Source: Clostridia bacterium | GTDB lineage: Bacteria > Bacillota > Clostridia > Oscillospirales > CAG-272 | Length of the DNA stretch: 61,735 bases | Assembly (NCBI GenBank): GCA_017545225.1 | Contig: JAFWPR010000005.1 | Span: 1-61,735, forward strand | Direction: 5' to 3' | Shown: positions 9,436-18,008 of the stretch, piece after piece | Numbering within the stretch: position 1 is the stretch's first letter | How the letters are laid out: each line of letters opens with the position of its first letter | Made by a program: the position numbers and the translations under genes | Notes under the pieces: generated by a model | Databases searched by the model: none | What the model was told of the DNA's origin: nothing | What the model saw: the letters and a program-made list of their open reading frames with translations, nothing else

Positions 9436-9609
9436 GTATTCTTTTTACGCGTGATATATTCTATCACACGCTTCCTCAAAAATCAAGACTTCCGGACTGC
9501 TTTTTTGCTTCGGTCGTTTGAGGTATTGCAAAACGCGCGTCGATATGATAGGATAAAACCGCCGGGACCATCGGCGAACATCTCTTTTGACGGAGAGGAA
9601 CGTTGAAAT

Positions 9610-10083
9610 ATGAAAAGAAGGATCCTTGCTTTGACACTCGCCTGCGTTTTCATCCTGCTCGCTCTTACGTCCTGTTTTCAAAAGACCGCGGTGACCGAAG
9701 CCGAGTTCTCCGCCGCGGCGACGGAAGCCGGGCTTGAGGTCCGCGATACTCTGGAAATGTACGAAGAAAGAACCAAGGAACAGATCAGGAGTTCGACCTC
9801 CGCATACGCCGAGGATGAAAAATGGACGTGCCATTTTGTGACCTTTTATGAAGAGAGCTACGCGGTATCGGCGTATCAACAGATAAAAGCGGAGTTTGAA
9901 AGCCGGGTCTCCGGAGCGTGGAGCTCCTCGTATGCCAATATGGTGAACTACAACAAGTACGAGATCAACTCAAACGAGTTATTTATGTACGTCTGCCGCG
10001 TGGACGATACGGTTTTTTACATGGGGATCGAAAAAGAATACAAGGCCGCCGCCAAAGATATAATCGCAAAGATCGGGTATTAA
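9610..10083 (+). CDS. Hypothetical lipoprotein
   Basis: RBS GGAGAGG; lipobox LALTSC; 157 aa. Confidence 0.8.
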   Translation: MKRRILALTLACVFILLALTSCFQKTAVTEAEFSAAATEAGLEVRDTLEMYEERTKEQIRSSTSAYAEDEKWTCHFVTFYEESYAVSAYQQIKAEFESRVSGAWSSSYANMVNYNKYEINSNELFMYVCRVDDTVFYMGIEKEYKAAAKDIIAKIGY

Positions 10084-10107
10084 TATAACGAAAGATCGGA
10101 GATCGAT

Positions 10108-10605
10108 ATGCGCCTTTTTATCGCTCTGCTCCCCGACGAGGATTTCAAAAACGCGCTCGTGCGCACGCAGGACGCCTTCCGGCGCGCCGGAGTCGGCGGG
10201 AACTACGCCGAGAGGGAGAACCTGCACGTCACGCTCGCCTTTATCGGCGAATATCCCGACCCCGACGCCGTTCTCGACGCCGTGAAGGCGGCGAGGCCCG
10301 CGCCGTTCCTTCTCTCGGCCGACGGGATCGGTTCGTTCGGCGGCGCGTGGTGGGCGGGGATCAGGCCGACCGACGCGCTGACCGCGTACGCCGCGTGGCT
10401 CCGCCGCGCTCTCGCCTCGGCGCTCATACCGTACGACAAAAAGAAGTTCACGCCGCACGTGACGCTTATCCGACGGCCCGACAGGGAAAGGATCCCGCCC
10501 GTCGCGCCTCCTCTCGCGGCGTGCGAGGTCGCGGGAGTCTCGCTGATGCGCTCGGACCGCGGGAAGAACGGGATGATCTATACCGAGATAGGTTACGTTA
10601 AATAA
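10108..10605 (+). CDS. thpR: RNA 2',3'-cyclic phosphodiesterase (2H family)
   Basis: MRLFIAL start; two HxT motifs (NLHVTLAF, FTPHVTL). Confidence 0.92.
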   Translation: MRLFIALLPDEDFKNALVRTQDAFRRAGVGGNYAERENLHVTLAFIGEYPDPDAVLDAVKAARPAPFLLSADGIGSFGGAWWAGIRPTDALTAYAAWLRRALASALIPYDKKKFTPHVTLIRRPDRERIPPVAPPLAACEVAGVSLMRSDRGKNGMIYTEIGYVK

Positions 10606-10641
10606 AAAAAGGAAAGGGCGGCGATCGCTTGATCGCCGCCC
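10604..10641 (-). terminator. Intrinsic terminator of the NfeD-SPFH operon
   Basis: GGGCGGCGATC-GCTT-GATCGCCGCCC hairpin with A-run on the plus strand. Confidence 0.7.
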
Positions 10642-10651
10642 GATGCGTTTA

Positions 10652-11584
10652 TCAGTCTTTTTTGAGGATCTCGCCGACGCCTGCCGCAAGACCCGCGATC
10701 CCCTGAATTTCCGAGGGAATGATGATCTTCGTCGCCTCGCCGTCCGCGGCTTTCGCGAACGCCTCGAGCGCCTTGATCTTGAGGACGCCCTCGCCCGGGT
10801 CCGCCTCGTTCAGCAGTTTGATCGAATCGGCCAGAGCGGTCTGGACCTTCATGATCGCGTCCGCTTCGCCTTCCGCCTCGCGGATCTTCGCTTCCTTCAC
10901 CGCTTCCGCGTTGAGGATCGCCGCCTGCTTGTCTGCCTCCGCCTGCAGGATCTGCGATTCCTTGCGGCCCTCAGCGACGAGGATCTGGCTTCTCTTTTCG
11001 CCTTCGGCGCGGAGGATCGATTCGCGGCGCTCGCGCTCCGCTTTCATCTGTTTCTCCATCGCGTCCTGGATCTCGCGCGGCGGGATGATGTTCTTGAGCT
11101 CGACGCGGTTGACCTTGATGCCCCACGGGTCGGTCGCCTCGTCGAGGATCAGACGGATCTTCGAGTTTATGACGTCGCGCGACGTGAGCGTGTTGTCGAG
11201 TTCGAGGTCGCCGATGATGTTACGGAGCGTCGTCGCGGTCAGGTTTTCGATCGCCTGCATCGGACGGTCGACGCCGTAGGTGTAGAGCTTCGGGTCCGTT
11301 ATCTGGAAGAACACGACGGTGTCGATCTGGATCGTGACGTTATCTTTCGTGATAACGGGCTGCGGCGGAAAGTCCGCCACCTGCTCTTTTCTCGAAACGA
11401 TCTTCGAAATTCTGTAAATGAAGGGGACCTTCACGTGAAGCCCCGTCTCCCACGTCGTGTGGTACGCGCCGAGGCGCTCGATGACGTACGATTTTGCCTG
11501 AGGGACGATCTTGATGTTGCTGATGATAATAATGAAGATCAACAGCCCGAGTCCCCCGAGAATGTAGTAGAGAATATGATCCAT
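10652..11584 (-). CDS. SPFH/stomatin-like protein (QmcA/HflC family)
   Basis: N-terminal TM; VITKDNVTIQID; MEKQMKAERERRESILRAEG. Confidence 0.95.
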   Translation of the reverse strand: MDHILYYILGGLGLLIFIIIISNIKIVPQAKSYVIERLGAYHTTWETGLHVKVPFIYRISKIVSRKEQVADFPPQPVITKDNVTIQIDTVVFFQITDPKLYTYGVDRPMQAIENLTATTLRNIIGDLELDNTLTSRDVINSKIRLILDEATDPWGIKVNRVELKNIIPPREIQDAMEKQMKAERERRESILRAEGEKRSQILVAEGRKESQILQAEADKQAAILNAEAVKEAKIREAEGEADAIMKVQTALADSIKLLNEADPGEGVLKIKALEAFAKAADGEATKIIIPSEIQGIAGLAAGVGEILKKD

Positions 11585-11586
11585 TG

Positions 11587-12069
11587 TTATACCTCCTTAC
11601 CTGCTTCCGGTCCGGAAGACGACGCGTCTTCGGACTCCTTCACCGATACGATGAGTTTTACGCCCTCGATCCTCTCGACGGTGACAGACGTCCCCTCGGG
11701 GATCTTATCGCCTCCCGACGATCGCGCGCTCCAGACCTGTCCCATAATCTTTGCGAGGCCGACTCCTTCCACGTTGTCGATCGCCTGAGTAACGACGGCT
11801 TCGCCGCCGACGAGCGCGTCGGCGTTCGTCTTGACGATCTGCTTTGCAAACCGTCGTTTAACCAGAGGTCGGGTCAGGATCAGAAGGATCGCGCTCACCG
11901 CAACGAAGACGATCACCTCGACCCACAGAGGGGCTCCGAAGAGTGAGACGATCAGAGAGACGAGCGCGCCTCCCGCAAACCAAATGGAGACGAGCTGCGG
12001 CGTCACGCCCTCGATTATCGCGAAGAATATCACGAGAGCGAGCCAGAAGAGAGACACTTTGTAATCCAT
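11587..12069 (-). CDS. NfeD-family membrane protein
   Basis: Hydrophobic N-terminus, TNADALVG, GQVWSARS, OB-fold end; canonical partner of SPFH. Confidence 0.92.
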   Translation of the reverse strand: MDYKVSLFWLALVIFFAIIEGVTPQLVSIWFAGGALVSLIVSLFGAPLWVEVIVFVAVSAILLILTRPLVKRRFAKQIVKTNADALVGGEAVVTQAIDNVEGVGLAKIMGQVWSARSSGGDKIPEGTSVTVERIEGVKLIVSVKESEDASSSGPEAGKEV

Positions 12070-12100
12070 CAAATCACCTCCTTGATTTTGGCTTTCGCAT

Positions 12101-12129
12101 ATTATAATTTATCCCGAAATGTTTGTCAA
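12101..12129 (-). promoter_or_regulatory. Consensus sigma-A promoter of nfeD-SPFH
   Basis: Perfect TTGACA-17-TATAAT. Confidence 0.85.
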
Positions 12130-12275
12130 TATCTTTTTGCCGAGAAAAAATTCCCGCGCCGTCTCGCGCGGGAATCATAATATGTAACCGTTTTTTTCGG
12201 GCTGATCCGAAAAATTTTTTCGAAATCTTCGCCGCGGACGAAAAGAGCGGGTCCGCGCCCGAAAGGGCGGGTCTT

Positions 12276-13826
12276 TCAGCGGCCGTTGACGATCACCGCG
12301 GCGCCCTTCGGCAGCGGGGCGGTCGGGTCGGAGTCCCCGCGCAGGACGGTGACGTCGTCGGGATCGGAGGAAAACCGCCGCATCACGTCCCACGCCGTCG
12401 CCCGCCCGTCCGGGAAGAATACGCGAACGGACGACCGCTTTGCCGCGACGGGCTCGCCCGTCTTTATCTTCACTTCGCAGACCGTTCCTATCCTTTCGGT
12501 TGCGGTCACGGAAGCCGAGACGGCGATCTCCGCCGTTACGTTCAGCCTCTCGCCGTCCGGTCTCGCCGCCGCGCTGATCACGGACGCTTCCCACCTGACG
12601 GTCGGAGTCCCGCACGCGCCGCCGAGCGGAGACTCGAACCGGAACGGGAAGGTGACGTCGACCGGCTCCGCCTTGCCGCCGCCCGCGACCGCCGCGGTGA
12701 CGCAGCACTGTCCGGTCAGGATCAGCCGTCCGTCCTCGGTGACTTCCGAGCTGCCTCCGGAGGTGCGGGACGACGTCGATATGACGAACCGCTCGCCGTT
12801 CCCGGGCAGCCTCGCGGAGCCGGACGCGGTGACCGTCGACGCGACCGAACCGCAGAACCGCACCGGGCGCGCCTCTCTCATAACGGTCTCCGAGGCGAAC
12901 TCGGTACAGTACGCGTCCGTCGCGGCGGGAGTCTCCGACGTGCGCCAGAGTTCCGCGTCGACGTCGTGCTCGGCGGAGAAGACGAACGCGCCGCCCGCCT
13001 CGCTCACGTTGACCGAAGCGCATCGGACGAACGCCGCGGCGCCGGGCTCGCCCTCTTCCGCGACGGGTCCGTCCGCGGCGAGTTTTTCCTCGAACGGCGC
13101 CTTTGCCGAAACCGTTTTGTATTCTCCGTCCGGAGTCAGCACGAGGCACGTGACGACCGTCTCGCCCCTGACCGTCACCGACTCCGGAGCGGCGGCGACG
13201 CCCGTGACGTAAGAGACTCCCGCGCAGTTGACGATCTTCGGCTGCGCCTCGTCTCCGCCCGCCGCGGGAACGGGCAGATCGCCCGTCGTCTCGCCCGTCG
13301 CTCTCAGAAACCTTACCGTTGACGACGGAACGGGGACGAGCCGGTATTCGATCCCGGCGCCCTCGGACCCCTCGCCGTCAGCGGAGGCGCGCGGGGTCAC
13401 GTCCGAAGATTTGACCGAAAAGACCGCCGTCGTGAGCTTCGCCGAGAGGGAGAGTTTCCTCGGCGCGGTCGCGCGGCAGACGGGAGAGCCGACGTCCGTT
13501 CTTACGAAATACGACTGCGCCGACCCGCCGCCGTCGCCGACGGGGACCTTGACCGAATAGTCGAGATTCACCGGGTACGAAACGATCCCGCCGTCGTCGC
13601 CCGCGTACGTCACCGAGCAGGCGAGCAGACCCGACGCCTCGAGCGAGGGCGGGTCGTAAAAGCGGTTTCCGTCGAGAGCCGCCGCCGAAAAAGAGATGAT
13701 CCTGCCGATCGGCGGCAGATAATCGGGGAGGACGACCTCGCCCGTCACGTCGTGGGGAACGCGGACCGCGGCGTCCGCCTCCGACGCCGCGCCCGACGGC
13801 GCGGTCCGTGTGATGTCTTTATCCAT
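12276..13826 (-). CDS. DUF3794/SPOCS-domain protein with degenerate C-terminal LysM (SipL-like spore coat protein)
   Basis: EVVLPDYLPPIGRII SPOCS-like motif; C-terminal RVFFPDGRATAWDVMRRF LysM-like. AAAGAGG RBS supports ATG 13826 rather than the 14312 ORF start. Confidence 0.7.
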   Translation of the reverse strand: MDKDITRTAPSGAASEADAAVRVPHDVTGEVVLPDYLPPIGRIISFSAAALDGNRFYDPPSLEASGLLACSVTYAGDDGGIVSYPVNLDYSVKVPVGDGGGSAQSYFVRTDVGSPVCRATAPRKLSLSAKLTTAVFSVKSSDVTPRASADGEGSEGAGIEYRLVPVPSSTVRFLRATGETTGDLPVPAAGGDEAQPKIVNCAGVSYVTGVAAAPESVTVRGETVVTCLVLTPDGEYKTVSAKAPFEEKLAADGPVAEEGEPGAAAFVRCASVNVSEAGGAFVFSAEHDVDAELWRTSETPAATDAYCTEFASETVMREARPVRFCGSVASTVTASGSARLPGNGERFVISTSSRTSGGSSEVTEDGRLILTGQCCVTAAVAGGGKAEPVDVTFPFRFESPLGGACGTPTVRWEASVISAAARPDGERLNVTAEIAVSASVTATERIGTVCEVKIKTGEPVAAKRSSVRVFFPDGRATAWDVMRRFSSDPDDVTVLRGDSDPTAPLPKGAAVIVNGR

Positions 13827-13887
13827 AACTGCCTCTTTCATACGCGCCTTCCGCCCGGACGGAGAAGCCGCATTCGTTTTCGGAATA

Positions 13888-13917
13888 ATGATATTCGGGA
13901 AATACGGAAGGTATGAC
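13888..13917 (-). promoter_or_regulatory. Possible sigma-E promoter
   Basis: GTCATA-16 nt-AATATCAT upstream of the SPOCS gene. Confidence 0.45.
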
Positions 13918-14015
13918 CGACCCACTTGTAAAAAAGCGTACAATATGATAAAATAAAGGAGCAAAACGAAAACTGCGCCGCGCCGGCGCGCGGCGATGAA
14001 AAACGGAGGCGTAAA

Positions 14016-14432
14016 ATGGCGTTCAAGGGGATCGATTATAAATGGAAGGACCGCAAAAGGCACCTCGGCATGCCGCTCAGTTTCACGAGGTACGCTCTCT
14101 CCGAGGACAGACTGTTCCTCGAGACCGGCTTTTTCAACATTAAGGACGAAGAGGTCGTTCTTTACCGCATCCGCGACATAAGCATGAAAAGGACGCTCGG
14201 ACAGAGGATCTTCGGCGTCGGCACGATCACCGTCGTCTCGTCCGACAAATCCTGCCCGAAGGTCGAACTCAAAAACGTCAAAAAGCCGAGAGACGTCAAG
14301 GAGATGCTCCACAAGTTCGTCGAGGAGATGAAGATCAACCGCAAGATCAGGATCGGAGAGTATTCCAGCGTCAGTCTTGACGACGACGATCTCGACGACG
14401 ACCTTGACGACGATAACGATCCAAACAACTAA
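14016..14432 (+). CDS. Bacterial PH-domain protein
   Basis: YRIRDISMKRTLGQRIFGVGTITV; acidic tail; GGAGG RBS. Confidence 0.85.
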   Translation: MAFKGIDYKWKDRKRHLGMPLSFTRYALSEDRLFLETGFFNIKDEEVVLYRIRDISMKRTLGQRIFGVGTITVVSSDKSCPKVELKNVKKPRDVKEMLHKFVEEMKINRKIRIGEYSSVSLDDDDLDDDLDDDNDPNN

Positions 14433-14487
14433 ATGTCTTTCCGGGGGCGTTCTGCGACGCCCCTTAAGATTTTGAACGGGATGGGCG

Positions 14488-15609
14488 GTGAGAAGAGTGA
14501 GCGAAGAGAAAAAAGCGCCGAAAAAGCCGAAAGCGCCGGCTGAATTTTTGAGTGAGACGCAGATCAGAGCGGAAGTAAAAGCGCCTTCGGGCGGGTATTT
14601 CTTCTTCGGCGAAGAGGATTATCTCAAGCGCCACTACGTTGAGCAGATGCGCCTCGCCGCGCTCGCCGACTCGCCGATCCCGGAGATGAACGAGATCGCC
14701 CTCGACGAGGAATCGTACACGCCGGAGACGCTCTCCGACGCGATCTCGGCGTTCCCGCTCATGGGCTCTCACCGCTTCGTGTCGCTGAGACTTCCTGCGC
14801 TCCCCGAGAAAAAAGAGGGAGAGCTCGACCGGCTGACCGAGGCGATTTCCCGCCTTTCGGACTACCCCGAGACCGTCTTCGTTCTGTTCGTTTCCTCGGG
14901 CTGGGCGGACGGCGCGAGGAACGGCCGGCCGACGGCGCAGTCGTCGCGCTTCTGCCCTCCGCTGAAACTCGCCTACGTTCCGCTTCTTTCCGAGACGCGT
15001 CTGATCTCGTGGCTCGGGCGTCACGTTAAAGAGCACGGGATCGGGGCCGACCCCGCCGCTCTGCGCGAGCTGATCCGCCTCTGCGGACGCGAGATGTACC
15101 GCCTTTCCTCGGAGATCGAAAAAGCGTGTATCCTCGCGAAATGCCGCGGCGAGGCGTCGCTCTCGGTTGCAACGGTGAAGGAATCCGCGGCTCTCTCTCC
15201 CGAAGAGGACGATTTCGCTATGGCGAACGCCGTGCTGCGCGGCGACAGGAAGACGGCGCTCGAGTGTCTCGGCAGGGCGATCAAGCGCGCCGAGCCGCCG
15301 ATCAGACTGCTCGCCGGTTTCTCAGGCGTTATCTCCGATCTGTGCGCCGTGTCGCAGCTCGTGAAAGACGGCGCGACGCTCGGCGACGTGATGGCGAAAC
15401 TGAAACTGAAGGAATATCCCGCAAAACTCCGTATCGCGGCGGTGCGCGGCGTCCCGCAGGAGCGCCTTGCCCGCGCGCTTTCCCTTTGCGCAGAGACGGA
15501 CAAACGGATGAAAACGAGTTCGACGACCGGCTACGCGCCGCTCGAAATGCTCGTCTGCGCGGTCTCGGCAGTCGCACGGAAAGAGGGAGGGCAGCAGTGG
15601 AGAAGATAG
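14488..15609 (+). CDS. holA: DNA polymerase III delta subunit
   Basis: YFFFGEEDYLK, SEIEKA, DFAMANAV, ETDKRMKTS pattern. Start may be GTG 14497. Confidence 0.85.
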   Translation: MRRVSEEKKAPKKPKAPAEFLSETQIRAEVKAPSGGYFFFGEEDYLKRHYVEQMRLAALADSPIPEMNEIALDEESYTPETLSDAISAFPLMGSHRFVSLRLPALPEKKEGELDRLTEAISRLSDYPETVFVLFVSSGWADGARNGRPTAQSSRFCPPLKLAYVPLLSETRLISWLGRHVKEHGIGADPAALRELIRLCGREMYRLSSEIEKACILAKCRGEASLSVATVKESAALSPEEDDFAMANAVLRGDRKTALECLGRAIKRAEPPIRLLAGFSGVISDLCAVSQLVKDGATLGDVMAKLKLKEYPAKLRIAAVRGVPQERLARALSLCAETDKRMKTSSTTGYAPLEMLVCAVSAVARKEGGQQWRR

Positions 15610-16217
15610 CGCTCGCCGTCCCCGTCGTCGTCGAGGGAAGGTACGATAAAGCGGCGGTCTGCTCCGTCGTCGACGCGGCGGTGATCACGACCGACGGGTT
15701 CGGCGTCTTCAACAATACGGAAAAGCGCGCGCTGATAAAGCGCGTGTCGGAGCGCGGAATCGTCGTGCTCTGCGACAGCGACAAGGCGGGCGGAGTGATC
15801 CGCTCGTTTCTCAACGGGGTCGTCGACAAGGAGAAGATATACCCGGTTTACGCGCCGCGCGTTTTCGGAAAGGAAAAGAGAAAAAAGACGCCGTCGAAAG
15901 AGGGGATCTTAGGCGTCGAGGGCGTCGGCGCCGCGGCTTTGCGGGAGGTTTTCGAAACTCTCGTCGCGCAGAATCCGCATCTTCTGAAAGAGGGCGGAGA
16001 GGCGCCGCCGCGCGAGGAGATCACGAAAGGCGATTTTTACGAGGACGGATTCAGCGGAAAGGACGGCGCGGCGGAGGCGCGCGACCGACTCGCCGCGTAT
16101 TTCGGTTTTCCGCCCGGGATGACGTCCGGCGCGCTTCTGTCCGCGATCAACGTCGTCGCCGACAGACCCGCATACAAAAAAGCGGTCGAGGAGATAAATA
16201 ACGAGGGTTTGCGTTGA
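15597..16217 (+). CDS. rnmV: Toprim/DUF4093 protein, ribonuclease M5-like
   Basis: VVVEGRYDK, DSDKAGGVIR, GILGVEGV; GGAGG RBS before GTG 15597. Confidence 0.8.
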   Translation: MEKIALAVPVVVEGRYDKAAVCSVVDAAVITTDGFGVFNNTEKRALIKRVSERGIVVLCDSDKAGGVIRSFLNGVVDKEKIYPVYAPRVFGKEKRKKTPSKEGILGVEGVGAAALREVFETLVAQNPHLLKEGGEAPPREEITKGDFYEDGFSGKDGAAEARDRLAAYFGFPPGMTSGALLSAINVVADRPAYKKAVEEINNEGLR

Positions 16218-16255
16218 AAAACGCAGGCCCTTTTTGTTTGGCGGGAAATATTGTG

Positions 16256-17208
16256 TTTCCCCTCGCGGGCCGTCAGAAGCACATTAACCACCAAGAGAAG
16301 CGAAGGGTGTCGCCAGTGCTCCCGCGCGCTATTGAACCCTTTTTTCTCTAGAGAAAAAATGCTTCACCGAAAAAAGATGTCGTTCTTCTTTGCCTTTGCA
16401 AGGCAAAGAAGGGCGAGGGAGGGACCTGTTCAGGGGCTTTGACGCGGCTTTAATAAAGCCGCAAGCCCCTTCACAAACCTCCTGCCCGATTGCGGTTCCC
16501 GAAATCACCGGCTCCGCTGACGCGTCGCGCGATTTCGACCGCTGCTCCGGTCTCGCCTTCGCTTCACCCGCCCCCGGCGGCGCTCGGCGATCCCGCCCAA
16601 GGACCTTCCTCTCCCACCTCGCGACATTGTCACATCATCTTGATGGTCAGCGTCGCGAAGTGGGATATATTTATTTCTTCGTTTTTCTCGTTCAGCGTGA
16701 TATGAAGAACAATCAAGACCTTCCGCGAGACGAACGGGTGTCGGCGATTCGTGCTGATCCTTTTTGCGGATGTTACAGATACCGACGGTTTTGTCGGTCG
16801 CTTGAACTTTTCGCCTTCGAATGATCATATCAAACGATACTGCGCGAAAGCGACTTCAAAAAAGAGGAGACCTCCCCGCGACGGGAGAGAGGGGGAGGTT
16901 TCGGGGGAGGGAGGGTTTGAGCTGGGCTGCTTCCGCAGCCCTACGCGAAACCTCCTCCCGCCCCCGAGCGACTCTTTTTTTCAGCGCAGGCTTTTTTTCT
17001 CTAGAGAAAAAAAGAGTGCAAACAAGTAAAATGTGGTTTGTTCTCGGTGACCGCGGTAAAATTCTGCGGATACGTCTAAAGACGGAACGCAGAATTTTAT
17101 CCTGTTTGATCTGTTGCGCAGCAACAAGAGCAAACAGACAGAACCGCAAACCATACTTTCCGTCTCGCGCGCGGAGTTTATGCGCTTCAAGTTGCCCGCG
17201 AGGGGGAA
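16256..17208. repeat. Non-coding modular fold-back repeat (MITE/REPIN-like)
   Basis: Terminal inverted repeats TTTCCCCTCGCGGGC / GCCCGCGAGGGGGAA (14 of 15). Palindrome TTTTTTCTCTAGAGAAAAAA at 16340 and 16992. Both arms align with 54716-55250. Confidence 0.8.
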
Positions 17209-17443
17209 CTCTATAAATTACGCGACTCGAAATTCCTTCCCGGATGGCATATCTCTTTGCCGTTCCGGCAAAGAGCGGGATGCCTCCCTACGGATCACGA
17301 AATGAAGAAAATGCTCCCGGAGGGGGTAAAAACGGCCTTGAAACGCGATTTGTGCAAAATGTACAGGGGTAGAAAAATCGGGCCGAAAAATATACAAGAT
17401 GCACAAAACGACGGGCCTTTTTTTGTGCGTATGACACTAAACG

Positions 17444-17479
17444 CCCCGCGGCGGTTTTTTCGCCGCGGGGTTCTTTTTT
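17444..17479 (+). terminator. Intrinsic terminator-like hairpin
   Basis: CCCCGCGGCG-GTTTTTT-CGCCGCGGGG-TTCTTTTTT. Confidence 0.6.
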
Positions 17480-17729
17480 GGGGGGCGGCGAAACATTGTC
17501 GCGCGGCGTGTCAAAAACGCCCGAATTCCTTGTAAAATAAGGGAAAGACGGCGATCGGGAAATCGTCGGGAAAAGGCGTCTTTTTCGCTCTCTTCGGACG
17601 GATTCCTCCGCCTGAAGGCCCGGCGGAGGGAAAACCGGGGTCGCGGCAGCGGATCCCAAATTGGAATAAACTGTGTACGAAAAAACGCCGTTTTCCCATA
17701 CGCCGCACGGCTTTGCGCCGTTTTTTTGC

Positions 17730-17758
17730 TTGACTTCGCGCGCGTATTATGATAATAT
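17730..17758 (+). promoter_or_regulatory. sigma-A promoter of the ABC/DUF5696 operon
   Basis: TTGACT-17-TAATAT with extended TG. Confidence 0.7.
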
Positions 17759-18008
17759 GTAGGCATATTCCCGGGGCGCGCCGCGAGATCGCGGACTGCG
17801 GACCGGGGATTCGCGCCGTTTAAGGACGTGCGGACGGGATCGACTGAAGCGGAAATCGCCGGAGAGCCGGCTTACCCCGAATCTCCGCCTGAAGCGGTCT
17901 TCCGACGCGCCTGGCGCGGACATTTTGTACTTTTTTCACCGGGTCCCGCGTGAGAACGGGAGCCGGAATCAACATCAGCCGGCGGACGCCGGCAGAACGG
18001 AGAGTGCC

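Noticed and set aside
13827-14312. N-terminal extension of the 678-aa minus-strand ORF
   Set aside because: It overlaps the real PH-domain gene on the other strand. The RBS and promoter support a start at 13826.
16251-17766. Short ORFs in the 16.2-17.8 kb and 54.7-55.2 kb regions
   Set aside because: They are translations of the non-coding repeat. Frames are not consistently preserved between copies, and there are no transposase motifs.
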